Assembly: GCA_951813565.1 (NCBI GenBank)
Contig: OX638351.1
Location: 640,001 to 704,000, forward strand
Source of the DNA: an uncultured Poribacteria bacterium
GTDB taxonomy: Bacteria; Poribacteria; WGA-4E; WGA-3G
Direction of reading: 5' to 3'
Length of the DNA stretch: 64,000 nt
Part shown: positions 40,033-51,107 of the stretch, piece after piece
Position numbering within the stretch: the first letter of the stretch is position 1
How the letters are laid out: the number at the start of each line of letters is the position of its first letter
The notes under the pieces: model-generated
What the model saw: only the letters and a program-made list of their open reading frames with translations
What the model was told of the DNA's origin: nothing
The model's database searches: none
Position numbers and translations under genes: made by a program

Positions 40033-42729
40033 TTAGAAACTGTAACCGACTTTAGCATACCAGAATGCGCCATCAAACCCAAACGGACTGAATTGTCCGT
40101 ATTTGTTACCAACAGAATCAGCAGCATTCGGATTTTCATCGGGATAGGTATTAAGGATATTTCTTCCACCGAGAGTGAGAGACAATCCGGACTCCACGGT
40201 GTAAGTGGTTTCCAAGTCGAAAATAACCCTTCCAGTGTATTCTCCAGTCTCTTCTACATCTGGATTCTGTAAGAAATCTTCAGAATCGAACCAACCGCTG
40301 AAATAACTGGCGCGCCCGAGCACTCCCCACATATCCGTTATGGATTGAGCGACAGTCAGGCTGGCGCGGTGTTCTGGTAAATTCTCTTGCAGTTCCCTGA
40401 TTCGACGATCGTCCAGCGTGTCAGGATTGTAATCGCCAACCTCAGTTGACGTGAAGTTATACACGGCGATGAGGTTTCCGTTGGGTATTGGTGCTGTAAC
40501 GACAAAGTCAACACCTTGGGTTGTGGTATTGAAATCATTGATAAAGAACCGGAATTTTTCCAGATTCGCTGCACTGGTTACACCTTCGGCGATGAGCTGC
40601 GCCTTCTGCGAGGCAGTCAATGTAAAGTCTTGTGAGACAGATAACCGGTTTTTCAGCCGAATATCAAAAAAGTCCATCGTGAAATTTACGCCCAAAATAT
40701 CAACGGTAAATCCACCTGTGAAGTTATTTGATGTTTCCGGGTCAAGCGAGTTATCTTCCTTGCCTGTCACAACACCAACAGCGGCGTTGGTAGAAGGAAT
40801 TGTTCCGTTATTAACGAGGTCACCCTTCTCAAAATCGTATTCAGTGGTAATGTTAAACGTATTTTGCTGCCCGGGTGTCGGTGCGCGGAACCCAGTACTA
40901 TAACTTCCCCGCAACCGCATCGTTTCCGTAATCTTGTAGTTTGCAGCGGCTTTGTAGTTCAGGGTACTACCGAAATCCTCAAATTGTTCACCGCGCACAG
41001 CCAGCGCGATCAGGAGCGGATCAATCGGTCTGATTTCAGTTTCCAGATACGCCGCAACGTTGTAACGGTGCCACTTGCCTGCCGCAACTGGGCTGAACCC
41101 CGAAAATCCGTTGGAGGCAGCCGTGAAGCCTTGCGCTGCGAGGGGCCCGATCTGATGCGACTCGCGTTCGCCCTCTATGATTTCAAAACCTTCGTTCCGA
41201 TATTCCAAACCAGAAGCGAGGAACACCAGGTCGTTCAACGGATAGGTTACATCGAAGTTGAGGTAATAATCCGTCTGGATATAGTCGCCCGGATCAAAAT
41301 GTGTCGGTGTATCTGGGCCGAGCGAAGCATTAACAGTGTTGAAGATAAAGAAATCAGCATGGTTCCGTCCAAAAGTGCCGCTTAGATCCCACGTTAAGTC
41401 CTTGCCCAAGGTGTCTCCGAGCGCGGTGCCTTTAACGCCAATGACGACGGAACTATCCCACATGAATGCACCAAATCTGGGTGTGAATCCGCCTGGGAAC
41501 ATTTCTTGATACGAGAACAAATTGGGATCCTTAATAACCTCTTGCATCTTAGCAGGATCTGCTGGGACACCATTAGCAATTGCTGTACGCTCCTCATCAG
41601 TGGTGGCAGTTACTGCTCCAGTGACAGGATGGGCAAGTTGAATATCGTCGGCCTCTTTATCCACCCCTTCTGGCAAGCCTGCTAAATTACCAACGAGTAA
41701 GTAGAATTCATCTGGCTTATCATCATCATCTAAATCCACATTACGTCCAAACACGCCACTGCGAGTATTGGGGTTCCGGAAATAGAACCCACCTTCAACG
41801 CGCTTTCGGGCGTAGTTGGCATGCCCATAGAAATCGATGGTATCCGTGAGGGTAGCACCGTAGTTGGCAAACAATTTGGTGTCACCCTCTATAATCGGCT
41901 GTCCCCAAATTTGCGCGGGGTCTTTCACACTGAAATTGCCTGCGTTAATCAAGTTCATCGCATCAGTGCGTTGCACAGAACGGATGGTCGGATCTGCGCC
42001 ACCGTATTCAAAACTGAGGCTAGTCCACGCGTCTAGTGTGCCTAAACCGATATTGCCAGCGAGCGCGAATTGCCTACCGTCGCCGTATTGGTAGATACCG
42101 GGTTTAAATTCAAACGAACCGCCTTCGTGGTTGTCTTTCAATTGAAAATTCATCACCCCAGCAATGGCATCAGAACCGTATTGTGCAGATGCTCCATCTC
42201 GGAGGACCTCAACTTGTCTCAGCGCGATTGCCGGAATAGGCGACAGATCAGGCCCCTGTGAACCATCAGATAAACCGTTCCCGAGCCAGTGAATCACTGA
42301 GGCACGGTGTCGCCGCTTGTTATTGACCAGTACCAGCGTATGATCTGGGGCAAGCCCCCGTAAATTCGCTGGACGCACCACCGTTGACGCATCACTAATC
42401 GGTTGTGTATTGATGTTGTAAGATGGCACTAAAGTTCTCAGCAAATCCGGTAGATCTGCGCCGCCCTGCTTTTCAAAGGATTTGTTTGACACAACATCAA
42501 TCGGGACCGCTGAATCCAAGATAGAACGCGGTCTTGCCCGGGTACCGACGACCACTACGCTTTCAATTTCGACTACATCTTGTTCAGAGGCAGCTTCCTC
42601 GGTAGATTCAGCCTCAGGTTCTTCTGTGTTTTCTTCTTGTGCTACTGCGGCAGGTAAATAAACCATAAAAACTGCTAAAGCGATGAACATCGCAAGCAGA
42701 ATTGTCTTAATAATCAATGTGACTTTCAT
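40033..42729 (-). CDS. TonB-dependent outer-membrane receptor (paralog)
   Basis: Same plug motifs; C-terminal ..VGYSF. Confidence 0.95.
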   Translation of the reverse strand: MKVTLIIKTILLAMFIALAVFMVYLPAAVAQEENTEEPEAESTEEAASEQDVVEIESVVVVGTRARPRSILDSAVPIDVVSNKSFEKQGGADLPDLLRTLVPSYNINTQPISDASTVVRPANLRGLAPDHTLVLVNNKRRHRASVIHWLGNGLSDGSQGPDLSPIPAIALRQVEVLRDGASAQYGSDAIAGVMNFQLKDNHEGGSFEFKPGIYQYGDGRQFALAGNIGLGTLDAWTSLSFEYGGADPTIRSVQRTDAMNLINAGNFSVKDPAQIWGQPIIEGDTKLFANYGATLTDTIDFYGHANYARKRVEGGFYFRNPNTRSGVFGRNVDLDDDDKPDEFYLLVGNLAGLPEGVDKEADDIQLAHPVTGAVTATTDEERTAIANGVPADPAKMQEVIKDPNLFSYQEMFPGGFTPRFGAFMWDSSVVIGVKGTALGDTLGKDLTWDLSGTFGRNHADFFIFNTVNASLGPDTPTHFDPGDYIQTDYYLNFDVTYPLNDLVFLASGLEYRNEGFEIIEGERESHQIGPLAAQGFTAASNGFSGFSPVAAGKWHRYNVAAYLETEIRPIDPLLIALAVRGEQFEDFGSTLNYKAAANYKITETMRLRGSYSTGFRAPTPGQQNTFNITTEYDFEKGDLVNNGTIPSTNAAVGVVTGKEDNSLDPETSNNFTGGFTVDILGVNFTMDFFDIRLKNRLSVSQDFTLTASQKAQLIAEGVTSAANLEKFRFFINDFNTTTQGVDFVVTAPIPNGNLIAVYNFTSTEVGDYNPDTLDDRRIRELQENLPEHRASLTVAQSITDMWGVLGRASYFSGWFDSEDFLQNPDVEETGEYTGRVIFDLETTYTVESGLSLTLGGRNILNTYPDENPNAADSVGNKYGQFSPFGFDGAFWYAKVGYSF

Positions 42730-42842
42730 ATAATTTAGACTCCTTAGGTCTTTTTTCTTTTTTAGTAAGTAACATTTTCACATAAAACGTAAAAAAAACG
42801 CAACAGGTTTAGACTTTTCCCTGAATAATATTATTTCTTTAG

Positions 42843-42863
42843 ACTTGAAAACACGTCTCAAGT
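42843..42863. promoter_or_regulatory. Candidate Fur-family operator
   Basis: Imperfect palindrome ACTTGAAAACACGTCTCAAGT between divergent TBDR and ZIP genes. Confidence 0.4.
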
Positions 42864-42984
42864 TTAAAATAAATCAGAAATACAAAACTTATACAAATGA
42901 TTTGCCTGAACCTACAAAACGTTACGTTTTGAGTATAGCACAGATTCACTTGAATTCAAAAGAAAATTTTGATATATTTATATT

Positions 42985-43734
42985 ATGCTACTATTATATT
43001 TGGCAATTGCATCGGCAACATTGCTGCTTGGCGCTGGAATAGCGTTGGTTTTTCGGGAGAAACAAGCGGAGTTTCATCTCATTTTTGGTTTTACTGCCGG
43101 TGCAGTCCTCGGTTTCGTCTTGATGCTAATGGTCCATCTCTTTACGGAAGTAGGTTACCCCACGATTTTAGTAATGTGGGGTGGTTTCTTGTTAATCTGG
43201 TTGTTGGAACATCTCACGCATCGGATGCAGGAACGTCTCGGTAATCAGGTAGAAGTTAAAAAGAAACAACATTGGGGTGTTAACTTAACCGTTATCGGGT
43301 TATCAATCCACTCAGTTGCAGATGGATTTAATCTCAGTATCGCCGCAGAAGAAGAGACAGTGGGTATAGCACTCGCGCTCGGAGTACTCCTTCACCGGTT
43401 TCCAGTAGCAACGGTAATAACTGCAGCGTTACGCCGCGATTATGGAGTTGGGCAAACATTATGCAGACTTATACCACTTTTTATTGCTCCGTTTATTGGG
43501 GCATTTATGGGAGAACGTTTACTACAAGGTATTTTTATGGAGTTGACCGAGTATTTAACTGCTTTTGCTGCGGGAACACTATTGCACGTTGTGATGGAAG
43601 GTTTGCGAGGTGGTTACGCGCCATCAGAAAAAAAGGTCAGTAATTCCACCAAGATAGCATTTGTCGTAGGATTGATTATAACTATATGCGCTATGTATTT
43701 TTTTCCTGGGTTAGAGCATGAGCATGTACACTAA
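42985..43734 (+). CDS. ZIP-family divalent metal transporter
   Basis: GFTAGAVL, IHSVADG, LHRFP, AFAAGTLLHV; His-rich C-terminus. Confidence 0.85.
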   Translation: MLLLYLAIASATLLLGAGIALVFREKQAEFHLIFGFTAGAVLGFVLMLMVHLFTEVGYPTILVMWGGFLLIWLLEHLTHRMQERLGNQVEVKKKQHWGVNLTVIGLSIHSVADGFNLSIAAEEETVGIALALGVLLHRFPVATVITAALRRDYGVGQTLCRLIPLFIAPFIGAFMGERLLQGIFMELTEYLTAFAAGTLLHVVMEGLRGGYAPSEKKVSNSTKIAFVVGLIITICAMYFFPGLEHEHVH

Positions 43735-46255
43735 TACTTTAGCAATACGACCTGGGACACGCGTATACTCCATTCTAAAGAAGATATTCTGTTTTTTTAT
43801 ATTACTTTTAGTATTAGCAGTGCCGGTGGATGCGGCAGATATTCCAATTGTTGTGTCGGGTGAATCCAGGGCAACCGTGCAAATTGGTGCTAACGCTTCA
43901 ACTCAAGAGCGGTTTGCAGCATCCGAAATCCAAGCTTTTATTGAAAAATGGACAGGTGCGCAACTTGAACTACGTACTAATCAACAGTCAACGACAACGC
44001 GCACGGTTATAGTTTTAGGCACACCTACCTCAAATCCGACGATTCGCTCTCTTCAAGCAAAGATTGATTTAGAATTATCAGAAGAACTTGGTGAGGAAGG
44101 GTATCTAATTAAATCCGCTGACCTTGGAACAGAAATCGTTATTGTCGTGGCTGCCCATACCCCGCGTGGTGTGATTTATGGTGCTTATGCCTTTATTGAG
44201 GCATGTATCACCGCGTTGACAGGATTCAAACCTGTACATCCTGAGATAGCCGTTGCGCGTACACCTTCGCTGTCCTTGCCCCATCTGGACAAGACTTCCC
44301 GCCCGTTTTATCCCGTTCGAGCAGTATTGGAAGTAGATGACCCCGATTGGCTTGCAAGAAACCGTGTGAATATGAGCGGGGGTGAAGGAGTCTGGACAGG
44401 AACCGGTATTGAAGACGGATTTGGCACTGCCTTCAAATATGTTGATTCACCTCTATTTTTAGAATTATATGACGAGCCACGCACACAACGATTACAGCGG
44501 ATTGAGACACTCCAAAACCGGTTTAGTGCGCTTAGAGACCGCGGTATTGATGCCTACCTATTTATGTATTTAACAGGTGAACCGACAGAAGCGCTCATAA
44601 AAACACGTCCCGATCTATTGGGACCAGAGGTGCTATACGGGGCATCAAGGAACGAAGTTTCTTATCGACCGTTTTGCTGGTCAAAACCGGAATTTCACAC
44701 CTTAGCACGCCAATTGACTCAGGAAATCGTGAAAACCTACCCCGGTTTAGCAGGATTTCACCTACGATCTTGGGGACATGAGACGCGGGCGTGCAATTGC
44801 CCTGAATGTGGTGACCGCTCCCCAGAAGGACAAACGAAACTCTGGGAAGTGTATTTCACGATTATTAAAGCGGCGCAGGAGGTACGGCACGATTTCAAGT
44901 TTTATATTTCAGGGTATAATAGGAGTTGGCTGCATGACTCGGATGGTGACTATGCACGGCAATTGCCTAAAGGCACTATTTTTTCGCAGAAGTGGGGAGC
45001 AGACGGTGAACCGGTCATTGATCCAAATATTCCAATTGCACAAATGGAAGCACTCGGAAATATGGGACACCGATTCATTGTACTTTCGCATGACGTTGAG
45101 GAGGTAATGCCGTTCTGGATGCTTGAAAGTGATCTGTTTGTACAAGGTGTGCGTCAACTTGCTAACTTGCCTGAAGTTGTTGGATTAAGTGGGTTTACTG
45201 TCCAAGGTGCAACACAAGGCTTAGGTTACCTTGACCGCCTTGTAAGTGCTCGTATTAATTGGGATATCCAACTTGACCACCTTCAGCTATTACGTAATGA
45301 ATTGGTGGCACGGTACGGAAACACTGAAGCAGCTGACTTGGTTCTAAGCGCACTACGTATCAACGGTTGGACGTTGGCAAGCTACTTTTCAGATTATGCG
45401 AGTTCTCTTTCCATCGGTGGCGCTTATGGCAGTGGGTCCGCGGGTTTAGCCACGCGGTTTTGGAACCTGATTGGTAGGAAAGCGGTGGAAGATACGTTGG
45501 CGATTCCCGAATTAAAAATCGCACAGACTGCTGTCCACCGATTCACAAATCTTCTGGCACCACAGCAACGCGCAGCGAATGAGATGCGGGAAGCACAGGA
45601 ACTCGCTGAACCGGTGGATATTGAAGCATCACAAGATTTGAGTGATGCAATGCATTTAATGAGACTGTGGGTTTTGCTATTTCAGAGCCGCGAAAAACTG
45701 GTAGAAGCAATTACCCTCGGTTATGAAGTGAACACCGGTAGTGCGATTAACGCTAAACTTGCCAGTGCAGCGGAGTTCTCAAAATCTATACAACCTTTGA
45801 TAAAGCAGTTTGAAGAATTCGGTCCTCTTTTTGGCTATTCGCATCAGACGAATGAGGTAGAATTGGTAAATACATTAAAAGAAGAGGTGGCATTGCTAAC
45901 CAGCTTTGATTATCGAACGCTCCAAAAACATGATGAAAGTTTTTCACCAGAGGAGACCGAATTCCGCATCTCCGAAGGGCATAATTATCCCAATCCACTC
46001 AAGCGTAAAACAACATTTACCTATCAGTTGACACTTGACGCAGATGAGGTGAAGATTACGATTTATACTTCAGCGGGGCGACGGATACAGGTTTTGAAAG
46101 ATGTTTCTGCCAAAGAGGGGTATAACGAGGTGACGTGGAACGCACAAGATGCTGAAGGCGCGCCGCTTGCGAACGGGGTTTACTTTTACAAAATCCGTGC
46201 TGTTCTCGGAGATAAAAAGGTTGAAAGTATCCACCGATTAGCAGTGATTAGGTAG
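43718..46255 (+). CDS. Exported glycoside-hydrolase-like protein (GH20/GH67-type N-terminal domain, TIM-barrel-like core, C-terminal FlgD-Ig/NYPNP domain)
   Basis: LGEEGYLI...RGVIYGAY; NYPNP...WNAQDAEGAPLANGVYFYKI. Confidence 0.7.
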   Translation: MSMYTNTLAIRPGTRVYSILKKIFCFFILLLVLAVPVDAADIPIVVSGESRATVQIGANASTQERFAASEIQAFIEKWTGAQLELRTNQQSTTTRTVIVLGTPTSNPTIRSLQAKIDLELSEELGEEGYLIKSADLGTEIVIVVAAHTPRGVIYGAYAFIEACITALTGFKPVHPEIAVARTPSLSLPHLDKTSRPFYPVRAVLEVDDPDWLARNRVNMSGGEGVWTGTGIEDGFGTAFKYVDSPLFLELYDEPRTQRLQRIETLQNRFSALRDRGIDAYLFMYLTGEPTEALIKTRPDLLGPEVLYGASRNEVSYRPFCWSKPEFHTLARQLTQEIVKTYPGLAGFHLRSWGHETRACNCPECGDRSPEGQTKLWEVYFTIIKAAQEVRHDFKFYISGYNRSWLHDSDGDYARQLPKGTIFSQKWGADGEPVIDPNIPIAQMEALGNMGHRFIVLSHDVEEVMPFWMLESDLFVQGVRQLANLPEVVGLSGFTVQGATQGLGYLDRLVSARINWDIQLDHLQLLRNELVARYGNTEAADLVLSALRINGWTLASYFSDYASSLSIGGAYGSGSAGLATRFWNLIGRKAVEDTLAIPELKIAQTAVHRFTNLLAPQQRAANEMREAQELAEPVDIEASQDLSDAMHLMRLWVLLFQSREKLVEAITLGYEVNTGSAINAKLASAAEFSKSIQPLIKQFEEFGPLFGYSHQTNEVELVNTLKEEVALLTSFDYRTLQKHDESFSPEETEFRISEGHNYPNPLKRKTTFTYQLTLDADEVKITIYTSAGRRIQVLKDVSAKEGYNEVTWNAQDAEGAPLANGVYFYKIRAVLGDKKVESIHRLAVIR

Positions 46256-46436
46256 TGCAGTCCACCATCTCATAAATCAATGGGTGTTCCGCAAATGCCC
46301 GCTAATTTGGCGTTGATTTGAACATGGTAGCAGGCACGCTCCGCGTGCCGTAGCGGGTTACGGTATACGGAGTATGTCTACTACTTTGCACTATCTCGTA
46401 GATTGGGTTTCACCTACGCTTTATCCAACCTACGAA

Positions 46437-49400
46437 CTACGAATCCACTTGCTGACGCTTTGGAAGCGTATAGACACCCCGTCGCACCCGGACGATCTCG
46501 CCTGCATCTAAAAGCCGCTTGAGCTCATTTCCTACCGCCTGCGGACTACTATCAAGCGCTGCGACGAGTGATGATGTTGTTTTCTCACGACCAGAAGATA
46601 GTAGAAACAGTATCTGTTCACGAAAAGGAACGCGAGGAATGTTATTGACACCCCGCAGCTTCTGCAACATACGGTTCGCTTGCCTTGAGGAGCATCCTAA
46701 CACACGTTCTACTTCTTCTCTGCGGGATTCGGCGGTTAGGTTATCACGTTCCGCTTCAAAACGTTCGCGTGTACGGATGGTTTCCTCAAGTTTGTGTAAC
46801 CCACCAGCGATCTCAAAGTCTATCCAATCAAAAAGAAGTGTTTCCGGTCTATCAGTGATGTCCGACAGTTCGATGTTGTTGAGCAGCATCACTGTCTTAC
46901 CACTATTACGGTTCAATCCTACGTGTCCGACAATCTGTGTGAGTAACCCTTCAACCTTTTGGTCGTGGATCCCTTGTATGCGTTCATCTTCATAGTGTCC
47001 AGTCCATATTTTTCCTTTATAATTGAGCGGTTTTTCGTCGTTTCCAAACAACGTCTGCGCTTCGCCCAAAATTAATTGTTGCGAAAAAAATGGCGTGCCG
47101 ACTATCCATAAAACCTGTGCTGCTTCTATTTCTTCCCCTATCTCGTGCAACGCTTTGAATTTCCTTACAAAACAGACGTTCTGCTTTGCTGCCAGGTCGG
47201 CTAATTTTTTTATAATTGCGCTATTTGTAACAATCGCGTGTTTTATGCTCGGATCCCTCTCAATTTCTGTCCGGATACGTATAAAATAACTTTCTCCTAT
47301 TTTAGACAACTCCATAACGTTGGAATTGAGATTGTAGTTTAGAATGGCATGTGGCGATTCGCTGCTTGTGCGGACTTGAAAGACTTTGTTGTCTGGTGCC
47401 CATGTTGTCGGTTCAACACGGATGACATCCATTTGTTCATTGGGGAACACCCTGTGAAGCTGCTGCTCGGAGAGAGATATGGATATTAGCAAGAGACGTT
47501 TGACGTGTGGATACAGCTTGGGCGGCATCCGAAACTCTAAATATTCACCATCCCACCACATTGGTGCATCAACATCCCGCGTGTAATGCGCAAAGAAACG
47601 CTCCAACTGATGCCAATACGTCCAATCTGGATGCCGACAGACGGTGGGCAATAAATTTATTTTCTCTACGGTTTGGATATCAAAAATGCCTAATGCGATA
47701 GCTTCTGCCATCTGCATCGGGATTGCGATATCTTCTGTAGGAGCGATCTCCGAATCAACACTATTGGTGGACAGGAACCGACGGAGCGCGCCTACTACCA
47801 TGGAATGCGGTAAGAAAGGCAAGCCCATCGCTTTAAGTTTATCTTCAGCATTGACGTCCAAAGGGATGTAGGCAGTTGCGCCGCTGTGAAAGTCAATGGC
47901 GTAACGTGCTAATTCTGTTCCTGTTTCGGGGTCAACATTCTTGTGCGGGACGACTGTGCCTCGTACATTAATGTAACACATCTGTTGAATAATTTCGTCT
48001 TTGTGTTGTCGGAACGCTTCAACAACTGCGCGAACCGGTCTGATCGGATTGCTATATGGGTTGCTTTGTGTCCCAATTGCATTTATTAAGGCTGCGGCAA
48101 AGTTACCTAAAGTTTTTCCCTGCCAATTGACGCTCCATTCCTCCATGACTTTTTTTGAAAACCCACATTTCAGAAATAGGTTGGGTGTTGATGTTTCAAA
48201 TTCATCAATGATACAGGTCCGTTCCGGGTGATTTGTCCCCCCCAATGTCTGTTGGGCCAGGTGTGTGCGTCGTGGATCCAGAAACAGTTGCTTGATTGAT
48301 GATACCTGTGCCTTTACGCGTTGTAATGTGAGCGGTTGGGATAGATACCCGCGTTCTTGGCATGCAGTCCAAACGGGACACTGTGGACAGGTACTTTTAG
48401 GTGCGTTGCCGCCCTTTTCCTCAAACGCACGGAACCGCTCAGCATCCTCACATACATTGCCGTGTCGGAAGGGTTCTGCCATGCGGACATCTGCCGGGAT
48501 ATCCTTCACCTCCTCCCACCGGTACGTTACTGTTCGCCAGTGCGCGATAACAGGTGCGTTTTTTGATTGGTAACGTTGTTCTGCGGCTTCTGCTAAACTG
48601 TGGCTCGCTATGTTTAGGCAAGTCGCACGGTTGTTCAAGAGATAGGTTTCTGCTTCGGTGTTCGTCAATATGCCCACTTCGGAAGACGTGAGTGCAAGGA
48701 TGCGTGTCCCGCGCTTCAAAATTTGTTGGATTTGCGCTGAACGTTCTTTAGCGTTTTTATATTCTTTTGGGGCTGTCTGCTGCTTTTGAAATTTCGATGG
48801 CAAACGTTTGATTGCCAATGGACTTAGATGCCCCTCCCGAATGGCGAGTAATGTTTTGCTCACAGGCAGTCCGGTATCAACGGGTGGTGCTGAAATGCCG
48901 GTGTCTTCCCATATATCTGTTATTGGTACAGCATGTGTGGGAAACTCGGTATTCGGTGTAGCCGCACGAACCCATACTATGTTGTAGTCCTCCCACAGTG
49001 ACACGTACACATCGTTGCGCGTCCAGTAGTGAAAACCGTCTGTTTCTCGATCGTAAGAAAAACCATGTTTCAAAAACGTTTCTTTCGCGAGATCAAGATT
49101 ATTTGAACCAAGGGACGGTAGGGTAGCAATGTTGGATTTGGGAACGTCTTTTAGAAACTTTTGTTGAGAAGATTCGGGTTCGTGCAGTGCAGCACGAAGG
49201 TTATTAATAGGTGCAAAGAGTACCTCTTTGGTAATGACAGGTGGATTTAACAGATTACCGCTCAGCACCTGATACCGTAAATCCCAGCGGCTGTAACCTT
49301 TGTCCCCACGGACTTCCAGGTAAATGTCACGGTGGCTCGGGTTTTCGTCGGTTGGCTTGTGCTTATAGATGAAAAATTTCGCTGCATCGATGTTCGGATG

Positions 49401-49988
49401 CAGGTAATCCTGGATTCGGCAAGAGAACCGGAGCCCACCGGATTTTGTCAGCGTTAACAATGGGGTGGCAGTGGTGTTGAGGAGTGCTTCAATACAAGTA
49501 GCAACAGCTTCCGGGGCATCACAGATCGCCTTGTATGTAAATTCAAGGTCGTGCCATTGCGCACCATCACGTTCAGATGGGATGCCGGTATATATCTGAA
49601 TTCCCCATGAGGTATACCACTGTTTTATTCGCCAGTCTTGCGTGCCTTGCCGTTTTAAGAATCGTTCACCGCCAAAATCTTGTGGGCCTTTGTCGTTTTC
49701 AGGCGCGTGGCCTATTGGCATAAAGGAGATTTCTGCATTCTCAAGCGCATCAAGTATCATAGGATTGCTGCGCGCACAATGCACCTTAATGTGATAGGGA
49801 AAACTCTTATACAACGCAGGTGTTATCACTGTTTTGCGTTGCCGAAGTATTTCTCTTTCTACATGTCGTTTGTGGCAAAGTTGAAAAATATCTTGTAATA
49901 CATTCATGATGTCCCTCTTTCCATACCCAAACCCGGTAGGTGCATTTTCATGAGGATTAAAAATATATTTCGGTAATTTTCTAACCAT
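46437..49988 (-). CDS. Large hypothetical protein with degenerate Prim-Pol-like N-terminus, degenerate helicase-like core and C-terminal HTH domains (start may be ATG 49907)
   Basis: WGIQIYTG..WHDLEF..LTKSGGLR; C..CPQCP...C; CIIDE; C-terminal 'LKRLLDAGEIVRVRRGVY' wHTH. Confidence 0.6.
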   Translation of the reverse strand: MVRKLPKYIFNPHENAPTGFGYGKRDIMNVLQDIFQLCHKRHVEREILRQRKTVITPALYKSFPYHIKVHCARSNPMILDALENAEISFMPIGHAPENDKGPQDFGGERFLKRQGTQDWRIKQWYTSWGIQIYTGIPSERDGAQWHDLEFTYKAICDAPEAVATCIEALLNTTATPLLTLTKSGGLRFSCRIQDYLHPNIDAAKFFIYKHKPTDENPSHRDIYLEVRGDKGYSRWDLRYQVLSGNLLNPPVITKEVLFAPINNLRAALHEPESSQQKFLKDVPKSNIATLPSLGSNNLDLAKETFLKHGFSYDRETDGFHYWTRNDVYVSLWEDYNIVWVRAATPNTEFPTHAVPITDIWEDTGISAPPVDTGLPVSKTLLAIREGHLSPLAIKRLPSKFQKQQTAPKEYKNAKERSAQIQQILKRGTRILALTSSEVGILTNTEAETYLLNNRATCLNIASHSLAEAAEQRYQSKNAPVIAHWRTVTYRWEEVKDIPADVRMAEPFRHGNVCEDAERFRAFEEKGGNAPKSTCPQCPVWTACQERGYLSQPLTLQRVKAQVSSIKQLFLDPRRTHLAQQTLGGTNHPERTCIIDEFETSTPNLFLKCGFSKKVMEEWSVNWQGKTLGNFAAALINAIGTQSNPYSNPIRPVRAVVEAFRQHKDEIIQQMCYINVRGTVVPHKNVDPETGTELARYAIDFHSGATAYIPLDVNAEDKLKAMGLPFLPHSMVVGALRRFLSTNSVDSEIAPTEDIAIPMQMAEAIALGIFDIQTVEKINLLPTVCRHPDWTYWHQLERFFAHYTRDVDAPMWWDGEYLEFRMPPKLYPHVKRLLLISISLSEQQLHRVFPNEQMDVIRVEPTTWAPDNKVFQVRTSSESPHAILNYNLNSNVMELSKIGESYFIRIRTEIERDPSIKHAIVTNSAIIKKLADLAAKQNVCFVRKFKALHEIGEEIEAAQVLWIVGTPFFSQQLILGEAQTLFGNDEKPLNYKGKIWTGHYEDERIQGIHDQKVEGLLTQIVGHVGLNRNSGKTVMLLNNIELSDITDRPETLLFDWIDFEIAGGLHKLEETIRTRERFEAERDNLTAESRREEVERVLGCSSRQANRMLQKLRGVNNIPRVPFREQILFLLSSGREKTTSSLVAALDSSPQAVGNELKRLLDAGEIVRVRRGVYTLPKRQQVDS

Positions 49989-50035
49989 CTACATCTTGTT
50001 TTATGTTTTCTTGTGTGAGGTTCATTATCTTGTTG

Positions 50036-50165
50036 TCTGAATCACGGAAGGCGCTGAGGACACTGCGTTCACGGAAGTCCTTTCTATTCATTTATGTTTC
50101 TTCTTAGCAGAAATAGTAATGGAACGGAAATGCTTCTGCGTCTTCCGCGCCTTCCGTGATTCAGA
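50036..50165. repeat. Inverted repeat with 9-nt periodic arms
   Basis: TCTGAATCACGGAAGGCGC...GCGCCTTCCGTGATTCAGA. Confidence 0.7.
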
Positions 50166-50616
50166 CAGAAAAGGGATCAGATTACCGAATTAATAACTTA
50201 ATCTTCATGAAAACGCGCTTACCTTTGGGTAATAAATCCAAATCAACGCTGAATGCGCGTTTAGGCATTCAGCGGGCTTACAAAACCCTCCCATAAGAGG
50301 TAATTCAGTAATTATGTGCTTAAATTGACAGTTATGGGTAGAGTGCAAGCAAAACCTACCAAATCAACGCTGAATACGAGTTCGGATTCCGGGCCAAACC
50401 ATATTCAGTGCTAACAGGGATATTTAACCATTTCTCACATGTACTTGTTACGTTGATTTGGCGTTGATTACGCGCAGCATTGCCCAAACCCGATAGGTGC
50501 GGTTAGAAACAGCGCCTACCAAGGTAGAACAGCATCGGCGCGGGGAAACCCTGAAACTCCCCTACAATGTTAAATAAGACGTGATGCCAAATTAACACCG
50601 ATACCCTTAATATGTA

Positions 50617-50773
50617 CAGGACTTACGCAATTTTCATGATTTTTGCAATAATTACGGTTAAAATAGCGTAATTTTTAGCAGAGTTCTGAACTATGGCGCT
50701 TTTACAAAACGCCAAATCAACGGTCCGAATGCCATTTAGGCATTCCCCGCCTACCGCGTGTGCGTAAGCCCTG
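50617..50773. mobile_element. MITE, TIR CAGGACTTACGCA, 5-bp TSD ATGTA
   Basis: ATGTA at 50612-50616 and 50774-50778; related unit at 34106-34259. Confidence 0.8.
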
Positions 50774-51107
50774 ATGTAATAAATTGTTGGGTTTCCGGTT
50801 GTTCCAACTAACTTATACCATTTCTAAATTATAACTTCCCATTTACAAAAAACGCGTTTAATGTGAATGTCGGACGCACATTCACCAAGCGCAATTCATT
50901 GCGCCTCGGACATTCAACATAAGATAAGTTTCAAAATCTCATAGAATCTTCGTAATGGTATTTTATTTATTAGAATTGGTATTATAGACTATTGATCGGT
51001 ACGCTTAGGAAAACATACCTACCGTTGTCTTATATCTTAATATGTTAACATATACCTTAATTTTTATCAAGCTTTTTACATTATAAATGGTATGTGCATA
51101 ATTATTC

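Noticed and set aside
42730..42984. Cobalamin riboswitch upstream of the TonB receptors
   Set aside because: AT-rich, with no recognisable GGGAA/B12-box elements
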